A stretch of 64,000 nt of DNA from Monocercomonoides exilis PA203 (lineage: Eukaryota; Protista; Preaxostyla). Location: positions 2,232,001-2,296,000 of the forward strand of contig LSRY02000002.1 of the NCBI GenBank assembly GCA_001643675.2, in the 5' to 3' direction. The position numbers were made by a program, and so were the translations under genes. Positions 1 to 11,167 of the stretch are shown piece after piece (the first letter of the stretch is position 1; every line of letters starts with the position of its first letter). Under the pieces are notes generated by a model. The model was given only the letters and a program-made list of their open reading frames with translations. It had not been told where the DNA came from and ran no database searches.

Positions 1-3000
1 GAAAATTATCAATCACTGAACAATTCGTGCTATAATAGGGTTGTGCTTGATTTTTACGTTGACAATAATGATACAGAACAAAGTTTAACTGCGACACTTC
101 CATCAAGTTTTCTATTTTACATTTTAAAATTTGAAAAAATAATTATTTTAACAACTTTAACCCGTAAAATAGAAATTCAAATATTTTCTGAAACAGGACA
201 TTCATGGATAACAAAAGAGAATATTAATGTGACAATTAACATTCCTTCGGTTGAATATGGTTCGCTTTTTATAAAAAAAAATATTTAATTAATTTCTTCT
301 AGAATTTGCATTTATGAACAAGGAAATTATGAAAGAAGGATTTGAAATTGTAGAGGACAGGACTGTACAACGAGCTAACACAGTAGATTGCCCGATCCAG
401 AATAAATCTCGTTCATTCAAATTATCTGGAAAAGAAATGATTATGTACGAAATATCACAACCTCTTTTAAAAGTTTGTCTCTTTCCCGTTTATCACTTTT
501 CTATTTTTAAATACTAATAAATATAATAGGGAAATTTTAATATTACAATTTCTGTTTGTGAACGAAATATAACACTTTCTACTTCTTTCTTGAAGCCTGT
601 CACAAGTAAAACAGAATTAAATGTTTGCGCACTTGCATAATTTTGAAATTACTATTTAATTCATTGCATTTCAAATTATGTCCTTTTTTTTTTATGTACG
701 AATTATTAAAGTTTTCAAGCAATGAAGTTCTTCTGAAAATGGACAGCAACTTAATTGACTCCCAGGATCACAAAGGAAGTGAAGAGTGGACAGGATCACT
801 CAATAATTACATTGTGGGTTATATACGTTCAAACATTTCATATGAACCATTGACATTTGAAGAGTTGTTGGAGGGAAGAATCTTCCAGAGCAAAGCCGTG
901 TGGAAGAATACAGAACTTAAGCGAATTACAGGACGGTTGCAAAACTGTGAGGAAGCTGAAGGAAAGATTGGAATGGAAGAGAAATGCTATTTGATGAGGA
1001 TCAATTGCGACCTTCCAGAAGATGCAATAACAAGTACACATGCCGATTACCCAAAAGAATCGTTTGCTGCTGAAAACATTACGCTTAAAGAGTATTTTAG
1101 TCGCAATAACATAACTTTGGATGGTATGTTCATTGTTAATCTCAAGTGTATTTAAAAAATATGTCTTTTTCTTTTTTATTAGTTTCACAAGATTTCAACA
1201 TCACATCACTTCTTGGTAAAGCCAATCATGCACCAAATTTTTCTTTTCAACTTTGCATTCCTTTAGACGCGCTGTCTCTTGAAGATCAGAACGCAGAACC
1301 CGTTATTGAGTCTATTGGTGCAATGATAGGAATGCAAACAGAAGCATTGGACGGAAGAGCGGATATTCGAGGACCAAAGCTGGTTGGGTTTGTGGATGTG
1401 CTGAACAAAGGAAAGCCTCACGGCGTGACTGTTATGGCGGATAAGTGCAGGCTGGACGAGCGGAGTCCCTTCGACCCAGAAAGAGATGCAGTTGGAACGT
1501 GCCATTCGCTTAGTGTTGAAGGAGGCCCAATCACAACTTATGAATTAGGCGAAGGAGAACTACATAGATTCTATTTCAAGGTCGTTGAGAGTCTCGGAAG
1601 CAAAGACAATGAAGGAAAGAGTTATATGGAGGGAGATATAAAAGGAGGAAAGGACAAATGCGATGAGAATGTTGCAGAAGCAGCCGAAAGAGTTCACTGC
1701 ACCGTTCGAGTTCTGCAAAATGGATTTGAAGAAGATTCGAGAGAAATGTGGTTTGCGGACTACTTAGAGTTTCAGAAAGAAGTTGAAAGAAACAGCACCA
1801 AAAGCAACGCACAACGCAGAATTGGTAGTGTTAGTTCGACAAATAAAATTGTTAACACTGAAAGCGACTCTAACGGTGAAAGCAGTTATGGTCAAATGCC
1901 CACAAAAGAACTTCTGAAGTATTTGTCAAAGTCAAAGAAGGTTGATACTATTTTAGAAGATGATGCTCCTGCAAGTGTCAAAAACGCAGGATTCGTCTGG
2001 TTAAGTTGGCTTAGCAGATCAACATTTACTCATCCCATTCAATCTGCTATGCCATTATTCTCCAAAATTAAAAGATCGTTTTCACGAGCCACTTCTCTCT
2101 CTTCCTCGCAATCAAAGCCATTTTCAGAGCAGAGTTTGCCACAGCATACATCATTCCTTCAATTGCAGCATCACTCTCCAAACAGCGATGGAAAGATTGA
2201 TCTGAACGAAACTGAGTGTCTCACAGGCGGATATTATTGGAATGCATCAGAATTATTCTGTTCCATTTGCCGCAAAGATGAAGTTTGGGATAGCGGAACA
2301 GAAACATGCAACGGAGTCAACTGCAATGAAAAATACCATTCTACATTTCTTATATTCAATGTTGTAACTGGGATGTGTGAGGAGCAGACTGTTTGCATGG
2401 AAGGCGAAGAATACAACGAGCTCACAAACCTTTGCGAAGTTGTACCGAACAACCCAACACCAATAGTTCCAGATTGTTCAGGGCACGGCAAGATTGTGGA
2501 AGGAGTTACGTGTGAATGCGACGATGGATGGATCACAACAACAGAGGGACTGGCACAATATCTGATGTGCAACACGGAAAAAGCAACTCCAATTGATGAT
2601 AGCGATGGGAAGACGTTCAGATGGGACAGCATCAACTGGACCTTGATAATATTCATTGTCGTGTGTGTAGTTGTGGGATTGCTAGCTTTGTGGTGCCTGT
2701 TTAGAGTGGGAAGAGCTTGCGGATGCTGCACATGCTGCTCGAATAACAAACAAAAGACAGTTAAAGTTAACGAAAAGGAAAAGAAGAGAAAGAGTAGTAA
2801 AGTGAAGAGAAAGATAGAAGACACAAAAGCTAGCGTGAAAAAGATTAAAAGAGTTGAAGATGTTGCAATAACACAGAAACAGAAGAAAAAGTTGAAATTA
2901 ATGGAAATTGAAATGAAAGAAGCTAAAGAAAGTAATGAAAAACAAAAATTACAAGACAAACAAGAAAAATATGCAATTTCTAAAAAATCTCAAAGAGGAG

Positions 3001-3569
3001 GAAATAAAGGAAAAATCAGTGTTAGAACCAAGCCATTGAATCAGGGAACTTATGAAGAAGAGTCTGACTCCTTCGATGACAGCAGCAGTGATTTAACTGG
3101 AACTGGCAGTGACTCTGAAAGTGATTTGAACGATGAGCCGTATGTCGAACCAAACAGTAACAGCGAGACAGACAGGTCGAGACAAATGAGAACACCAAAG
3201 CGGAACGCCTCACAGGACAGTCAGAGGAAGCTGCTGCAGAGAACAAACACCAATAAAGGTAAGAAAGGGAAGAAGGCAAAGAAAGCCAAAAAGGGTAAGA
3301 AAAGAGTTTCAATGAATTCAACGTTTTCTATCAATGATGATCTGTCAAGTGATATTGATGAGTTCAGTGATGACACGGAAAATGGTGATGACGAAATGGG
3401 GTTTGCGAATCTTACAGAAGAACTGAACTCACTTGGAATTTCTGATTTAAATGCGTCTGAGATTGCTTCGGTCTGTGAAATGCTTGAAAGCGGATTGAAG
3501 CAAAAATCAAAAAATGAAAGAGAAAGCAATACGTTAAAGAAGAAGTCAAAGAGAATCAGAAAAGAATAA
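1..3569 (+). CDS. 5'-partial multi-exon gene: single-pass (type I) membrane protein with Cys-rich/EGF-like juxtamembrane region, cytosolic Cys cluster and Lys-rich tail
   Basis: ORFs 43..288, 314..517, 625..1155 and 1146..3569 join in one frame via GT-AG introns 107-172, 260-302, 473-529, 623-711 and 1124-1182 (phases checked by hand). EGF-like CSGHGKIVEGVTCECDDGW, TM helix WTLIIFIVVCVVVGLLALWCLF, then RACGCCTCCS and a K/E-rich tail. Confidence 0.75.
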
Positions 3570-3929
3570 TGATAAAAAAGAATCTTCAATTCAAGCAACA
3601 GTTAAACATATTTACAAATAAATAAATGTTTTTGAAAAAATTAACACATAATATTTGATATTCATTTCAACTCTCGCACCTCAGCAATCACTTTATCATT
3701 TTTTTGTTGTGTAAGCATTAACTTAGATATTTATTTGGTTAAGTGTTTACGATAGATTTTTAGTGAAATTTATTTCTTCATTTTATTTTTTCAATCATAT
3801 TTTCCCAAACACAAACACAGATACCTTCATTCACAAAAAATTGTTGCATTTTTGACTCTACCGTTAATAAAAAGGCGAATATATATGAATCAGTAAATAA
3901 AAAAATATTGAATTATTAATATTTCGATA

Positions 3930-6652
3930 TTAATTGTTTTTTTTTCTTAGAGATATCATCTTTAGCAACTTGTGAGAATCTGTTATTTGCTTTACCTTTT
4001 CTGGCATTTTATGAATTTTTGGTTTAAAAGTTATTTCGCTATTACATTTTCTTCTTCTTTCAGCTTCTTCTTTTTCAACTTTCAGTATCGCTGCTTCTTT
4101 TTCTTTCTTTAGCCTTTCTATCAATGTATCTGGTGATTTTCTGAGATCCAATTTCGAACTAACATCCAGATCTTTGGATATTTTCTGCGGAGTGAATGGA
4201 GCTTCACATCGTATCTTCATCTCTTGTTCAATCTTTAGCCTAACTTCATCTTCACGCCTCTTTTTCATTTCATCATCAACCAATCCTTTCACTCCTTTAC
4301 TCCTCCTCTGTTTGGACTTTTTATTTATCAATGGAGTGAAAGTGCAATCATTGATCTTCTTTGCATCTTCGTGTGCACGTGCAAGTATCGCTTTCGTTTC
4401 CTTTTCTTGAAGTGTATTTTGCGTCCGTTTCAGAAATTCAGTAAAATAGAGCTGATGCTGTTCCACAATTGGTATTGATCGGCTAGGTGTTGAAGGAACA
4501 CGAAAAGAACTCAGAGTCTTTAATCCATCTTTTGAGGATAAAGTGGAAGAAAAGTACTCTTCCGAAATTTGATCTTTTTCAGGTGTATCAACTGGAGTGC
4601 TTGCTTCTTTTTCAATAATTACGCCTTTTTCTTCTCCAAGGCTTTTCATATTTTTTCCTATGATATCGTTTTCTGTTGATATTTCATTTTCATTCTCGTC
4701 TTCTTTCTCAAGTTTTATTTCTCTTTCAAGCATTTTTTGCGCAAGTTTCATACTCGTTGCGCACAACTTTGGTCTTCTTGTTTGCTGGGAAGATTCTTGT
4801 TCAGCAAGAATTGCTTCTAATTTTCGTTGTGTTATTGCTGATTGCTGCCGTTCAAGAAATGAATCAAATGACGAATTTAAATCAGTAGAGGGAGATGTTG
4901 AAAATCTTGCAGAATTAGACAGCCTTTGAGTTGAATGTAATCTTCTCAGAGCCTTTGGCGTTTCCCGTGAATAAGAAGAAAAAGAACAAGGAGAATTTGG
5001 AAGAGATGGAGTAGTTTCACCACATTCGCCAAAAGGAGAACATGAAAGCTGTCGAAAAGAAGATGCACGAGGAGTTACAATCAAGAAAGGAGATGAAAAT
5101 AACTTTTCTTGTGTTTGGCAAAATTGTCGATTTTCAATCTGATCTTCATTCCTTGTCTTAGGTCTTTTTGCAGTTTTATAAATATCATTTTCTTTCTCTT
5201 TTTCTCTCCATTCTTTCAATCGTTCCGCAAGTGCACTTTCGCTGTTCATTGTTTTGCTAACAGATATTGGGGATTGTGTACACGAAAGGCGGTCAAATGG
5301 ATCTTGCTTCAGATAATTGCATACAGATGGAATCGATGGTTCTTTGCGTGCTTCAATGGATGGTTTAAAAGTACATGGAGTCAATTCGCTTTCTGGTTTT
5401 GGGCGATGAAAATGATGATTTGTTGAATCAGGAACGTATGCAGTTCTTGTAAAAGTAAATGTGCAGTCAGGTGGTAGATCTCTTCCTTCGCTTCTCATTT
5501 TAGCGTCTTCCTCTAATTTTATTTTATGCATTTGTAAGAGTCGGTCTTCAACGGGAATTCTTTTTTGTTCTTTTTGTTTTTTTGGTGTTGATAGACTGAT
5601 TGGTTTCTGGCTTTGTATTGTTGAAATATTTGTCGTTGTTGGTAAAGCTCCATGCTCGTTGTTTGTTTGATTGTCATCGTGATGTTCTTTTTGTTTTTCA
5701 TTAATTTTTTGTGTTGTTAAATCTGCTTGATTTTGTGCTTTGTGGCAAATACTTTCAATATGTTCTTTTTCATTGTTTTCCTTTTCCCTTTTTATTTTCA
5801 ATTCTTTCAACTCTTGTTCTCTTTCTTTTTCTTTTTCTCGCATGCGCTGATAGAATGCATTAAATTGTCTTTTCGTCATTTTTTTCTCTTTTTTTTCATT
5901 GTCAACAGTCTCTTCAATATTTTGTTGTATTTCATTTGAATCGTGTAAATTCGATCCAAAATCCTTTGAATTTGTTAACGTTTGTCTCCAATCTTTTCTT
6001 TGATCTGTAAGGAATGTAAAAGGCTTTGGTGAGGTTGACCGTCTCATTCTTGGCGATTTTTTCTTCGAATATGTTTGAATAATCATTTCAGAAGAGCGAG
6101 TAATTTTTTCATTTTGATAAAGGTTTGTTCGATGTGAATAGACAATATCAGATGATAACTGCTTCGAATGATCCTGCTTGTGGAAAGAAACACTGGATGA
6201 TAGCGCGTCGTGCTTAGTTTTTGAATTGCACTCGGCTTCATTGAAGAAGCTTTCTGATTTATTTTGACTAATAATTCCAAAATTTGACTCTTCTTTCAAT
6301 TTTTTGAGGCGTATAGACAATGAAGTTAGTCTCTCTCGAAGATTTTCAGGTATGGAGTTTGGAAATGCATTTGATATATGATTAAATTTATCATCAGAAA
6401 AGGAATCTAACTGATTCTCATGTCCACAAATGGTATTTTTCTCTTTGTCAAAAGATAATACGCATCTAAAGAAAAAATGTAAGATGTTTAAATTTAAAAT
6501 ACTTTGTTGATTGATTAACAAAACTGTTCTTCATCTCCTGAATAAAGTTTTCTGTCGCTATCTTTCTTTAACTTCCATTCATTAAATGCAATCGAGCTGG
6601 TTCCTGCTGTTTTAATAGCCCTGTCTCCTGCACTTGGCAATAAATTTGACAT
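3930..6652 (-). CDS. Hypothetical coiled-coil protein with repeated (C)TFxP(x)I motifs, possibly microtubule-associated
   Basis: ATG at 6652; exon 1 (6652-6525) splices in frame through intron 6524-6466 into ORF 3930..6521. Motifs PKPFTFLT, DCTFTF, PCTFKPSI, DCTFTPLIN, PFTPQKI, EITFKPKI. Confidence 0.75.
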
Positions 6653-6702
6653 ATCAAATTTGAAATTACCATTATCTTTTAATTTAGCCCATCATATAAT
6701 AA
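6653..6702. promoter_or_regulatory. Very compact bidirectional promoter region (50 bp between divergent ATGs)
   Basis: ATG of the minus-strand gene at 6652 and ATG of BUD31 at 6703; AT-rich spacer. Confidence 0.5.
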
Positions 6703-7315
6703 ATGCCAAAAATTGTTACAAAAAAAACTCGTTTTCCAGAGGGTTGGGAAGTTGTAAAAGACACTCTAGATGAATTTGAGAGAAAGATGAGAGAAGCTCT
6801 TGCAGATCCCCATGAAGGAAAACGGAAAGTTGAATCAGTTTGGCCAATAATGAAAATTAATCATCAACGCTCCAGATACATTTATGAAAAGTATTATCAT
6901 ACACACGAAATTACAAAGGAAGTTCGAAACATGCGTTTATTTTTGAATTATATGTATATACTTTTTATCTTTTGTATTTATCTCAGGTATATGATTTTTG
7001 CCTAAAGCAGGGATATGCTGATGCATCACTAATTGCGAAGTGGAAAAAGGTACATCATGCTTGCTTATTTGTTTTTCAATAATTTTTCTTTATTTATAGA
7101 CTGGATATGAAAAGCTTTGTTGTTTGAAATGCATCCAAACTCGAGATTCGAATACCGGAGGCACGTGCATATGTCGTTTGTGTTGAATTTTATTTAAAAT
7201 TGTTTTTGCAATATTTGTTTAACGTTTAGGTGTTCCAAAAAGCAAATTAGAGTCAGGGACAATTGTTCAATGCACAAATTGCGGATGTAGAGGATGTGCA
7301 AGCTGTGATGTTTAA
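6703..7315 (+). CDS. BUD31: Bud31/G10 spliceosomal protein
   Basis: Exons 6703-6921, 6987-7049, 7100-7175, 7230-7315. The spliced protein has hallmark motifs [58 protein letters not shown] and C-terminal [11 protein letters not shown]. Confidence 0.96.
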
Positions 7316-7517
7316 AAAATCTCACTTCACATATTAATTTTTATAAAAGCAAGATTTTTAATATGTAATTTATTTTAAAAAAATCAAACGTAAATGATAG
7401 TTTTGTAAAGTTTTGTGAAATGCATTGAAAAAAGAATTTATAAGATGCGAATTTCAACATGGATAAAAATTTTGGGAAAAAAAAAATGATAAAAAATATC
7501 TGTTGCATAAAATGCTC

Positions 7518-8886
7518 TTAGCAATCACATTTCCTGTTGGAATTTTCGGAATCAGATTCTGTAATTCCAACAGAAGCAGATACTTCAGCTTCTGATCCAC
7601 TTTCACTTTCGCCTTCGTTACTATCTTCATCTTCTGAGATTTGTTTCTGTTTGTTCAAAACCATCTGTGCAAAGCGAGATTGAGTTAGCAATGAAGATGC
7701 AAACGAAGAAGATGACATCATCAAAATTGCTGAAGGATTATCATGATATCAGATTTATGAATAATTCATAAAAATGAAGTATATCAAGGTTAAAATATAA
7801 ATACATTTGAAAAAGATTATTCTATTTTGAAGTATAATTAAAATTCCAACCTTTTGCTAATTCGACGAACATTTCACTAACATTTGTTCCATCTAACGCA
7901 CTGGTTTCTATCCAAGCGCATGACTCCTTCATTTCTGCAATTTTGCGTCCTTCTTCCTCCTTCACCAGCCTCAAATGTCCAAGATCTTTTTTATTCCCTA
8001 CTATCACTCCAACACACGAAGGCGCACAGTGAACTCGAATCTCCTTCAGCCAAACATCGCTTAATGAAGTGAGAGTATTCGGATTTGTAACATCATAAAC
8101 AGCAACTGCTCCAACGGCTGCAATTTTAAAAATATAAAATTAATGAAATTTTCAAATTTTTCAACAAAAAAGAAAAAATTTACCTCCTCGATAATATGCT
8201 GAAGATAATGCTCTAAAGCGCTCTTGGCCAGCTGTATCCCATAATTGCAAAGTCACTGTTACATCTCCGATTCGCAGATGCTTTGTTCTAAATTCAACTC
8301 CAATTGTCGGCCTTGTAGACCAAAAAAACGTGTTATCAACAAATCTATTTAAAAGATTTGTTTTTCCAACATCAGAATCACCAACAACAACAACTGTTGT
8401 AAAAAATCGAAATTATTTCTTGAAAACTATCATCGAACAATAATAAAACCTTTATAAACAAAATCTGATGGCGAAGAACTTGAATTAGATGAAGGGGATA
8501 AAAGACGATCCGGACTTGGATTTGGCGAAATGTTTGATGGCATATCTAAAATTAAATAAAAATTAATAAGATCATAAAATAGAGATCATTGTTTTGTTGA
8601 AAAACATTTCTGTCTTGCTTTCAATTCTTGAAATTTAGACCATCCAATCTGACCTGCTTCAATATCCGCACCAAATCTTTCTTTAAAAGCAGTTTCCGTG
8701 AGAGCAAGAAGTATTTCACCGGTTGACCTTCGAAATTGCTGAGCATGATCGCCAAGTCCAATTGAACAAATCCACATTTTTACATCTAAAAAGCAAAAAT
8801 GATAAAAACTTGAATCATAAAAACAAGTTGTTTAAACCAATTGGTGTCCATGCTTGAAGTGATTTAACTTTGTATTCAAATGTCAT
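7518..8886 (-). CDS. Rab GTPase (Rab11-like) with N-terminal SAM-like domain and C-terminal CXC prenylation motif
   Basis: Six exons (8886-8838, 8785-8606, 8545-8450, 8393-8184, 8117-7851, 7729-7518), all GT-AG and phase-compatible. G motifs [45 protein letters not shown]; ends CDC*. N-terminus [31 protein letters not shown] matches the SAM pattern. Confidence 0.9.
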
Positions 8887-9371
8887 ATTTGTGATGATAT
8901 TCAATATTTAAAAAAAAGAGCATTCAAAAAATGAAACATTCGTAGTTTCTTCATTTATAAAAAAATTATAAAGGTTATTCACATTTTATAATCAAAACTT
9001 GTGTTACAGATTAAAACAATTTTGTTTTGTCCGTCAGTCATCGAAAATCCACGAAAGCGTTGGGTTTTTTATAACATGCATATAAATATAAATATTGATT
9101 TATATATTGCAGATTTTTTGAGTTATCGTTTTAGAAATCAATTTCTATTTATTAACACGTATCATTTAATTCTTTAAACTTGACTTTGTTTCATAAATAA
9201 AATTAAAATGTCTTCCCTACCCGATACTGACTCCATTGACAGTCGCTGACTAGACAGATGGTCCGATGACCAAATAATTCCAAATTTGACTTTTTGATAA
9301 GACACTTTTTGAAAAACGTACTCTTATTCTTCGGTTATTAAAATTAACATTAAATAATATTTGCATTAATG

Positions 9372-9767
9372 CAGATATCGCATAAAATGCCGGACATCGC
9401 ACAAAATACCGGACAAGATCGATTTCACAATAACTGCAAAAGGAATAATTCTGTTTATTTTCCACAAAATATATCTCATCAATACAAACTCATTTGAAAA
9501 ACAAGACTTCACTTCAGCTTCATTTGTGCTCAGAAAAAAATAATTTTTGAAATTTCTTTGAGATAGGATTTTGAGTTTCTCCGAGATTTATAAAATTATT
9601 TTTTTCTGAGCACAAATGAAGCTGAAGTGAAGTCTTGTTTTTCAAATGAGTTTGCATTGACAAGGTGTGTTTTGAGGAAAATTTTCAGAATTATTACTCT
9701 TGCAGTTATTGTGAAATGGATCTTGTCCGGTATTTTGTGCGATGTCCGGCATTTTGTGCGATATCTG
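9372..9767. mobile_element. Foldback/MITE-like non-autonomous element (about 396 bp, almost entirely palindromic)
   Basis: About 9372-9563 is the reverse complement of about 9578-9767 (roughly 90% identical by eye). Termini CAGATATCGCA...TGCGATATCTG, right flank TA (left TG). A subterminal direct repeat ATCGCAYAAAATRCCGGACA occurs twice in each arm. Confidence 0.8.
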
Positions 9768-10441
9768 TATTTATTATTTTTATAATTGATGTTCTGATAT
9801 GGGTGATTATTTTTGAATTCATATTTTTTCCATTTAATAATATCGGTGCAAATATATTTCTTAAATATCAATGAAAAAGAATTGAAAAGTGAAAAGGCTT
9901 ATTGAATGCATTTTTATCTTTGATTAAGAAAAACAATTTGTCTTAAAAAAACAATTATCATGCTTATTCTTATTTGAAACAAAAAAATTTTTTGAAAAAC
10001 TTTCAATCATTGAAATATCAACACTACGAAAAAAGATATGATTTCAAAAATAATCACCAATATTTAATATAACAATCAGTGCATACCATTATTCAATGTT
10101 TATATATTTATTTTGTTAAACATTTGCAATTATAAGCCTTCTGAATCTTTAAAAAAAGCCTATTCTTAATCTTTGGCAATTTATAATTTGATTGTGGGAT
10201 TGATCAAATTTTTTGAAATGAAATTTTTTATTCTTTCGAATGTTTTATTTCTCGGAAATTCGTTGACACGAAAGGTTAATATAACTATTGAAAGCATCAC
10301 ATCTATTTATTAATAGGAAATTGTTTTTGTTCATCGCAATCAATAAATTATATTCATATTTAAGTGTGATTTTACAAAATTGATTTTTTTGTAACAAGAA
10401 AAAACAATCTCGAAAAACTCGTCCACCCAAAAATAATTTTT

Positions 10442-11167
10442 AATTTTTACCTATTATCTCATCACGAAGTTAGTTTCTAATTACGCAAATTGCAAAAGAA
10501 GCACAGATGTACCTATGCCTTGGATCGCACATCTGGATCCCCAATACAAATTCACAAATGCAATTCTGAAACTTCTGTTTCATCGCGAGATTAAAGAGAA
10601 GAGTTGTTTGGGAATTATTCTCTTCATAGCGACAAACAATTATCTTTTTCACAACCTTCAAAGCATTCATCTTTGAAAGATTCTGACATAACAAAAGAAC
10701 GCCCAACATTGATCGATGATCACAGTGAAAATTCAACAATAAAATAATCTACTGACGAAAATACAACTGACGAAAAGACAACAGAAGGAGCAAATGAGAT
10801 GGATGAATCAGAGCTAATGAAACAAATTGGATCAACAAAAGAGCATTCACATTTTCTTCAAAAGCATCTTGTGAAAATAAGAAAACCAAATTCATCTTCT
10901 TCTGAAGAGAAACGTAAGAATAAACAATGTCGACAAGAACTTAATGAAATGTTGAATGAATAACCAGCAAAGGAAAAAAAGGAGTCGAGAAAAAAAGCAA
11001 AGAGAATGATTGAAATACTCAAAGACGATGAAAAAGAAGTGAAATCACCTTCTAGTGACGAAATAAAATATTTTCTTCACCCTCCCAGAGAAATTTCTCC
11101 TTCATTTGATTCCAAAGAAAGACACATAAGAGAAGAGTTCTTCAATAAATTCGATGGAAAAATGTGA
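10442..11167 (+). pseudogene. Decayed reading frame of a charged, hydrophilic protein (about 240 codons)
   Basis: One continuous frame with coding-like composition (SETSVSSRD*REELFGNYS...EEFFNKFDGKM*), interrupted only by TAA at 10478, 10592, 10745 and 10961 and ending in TGA 11165-11167. Confidence 0.55.

Noticed and set aside
2630-2760. HAP2/GCS1 fusogen identity for the first gene (TM followed by Cys cluster and basic tail)
   Set aside because: No recognisable HAP2-GCS1 ectodomain motif in the visible part, and an EGF-like stalk is not typical of HAP2.
7805-7821. Possible 17-nt micro-exon inside the last Rab intron
   Set aside because: It would need a 29-nt intron and would shift the frame; the single intron 7850-7730 already gives the in-frame CXC terminus.
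9205-9290. GC-richer islet as a possible snRNA/snoRNA/5S gene
   Set aside because: No convincing box C/D pair, Sm-site context or 5S/tRNA similarity by eye; an Infernal/Rfam scan would be needed.
9250-9874. Near-identical small ORFs on opposite strands (…YCEIDLVRYFVRCPAF… at 9250..9465 and 9665..9874)
   Set aside because: A by-product of the inverted repeat; no evidence of coding.
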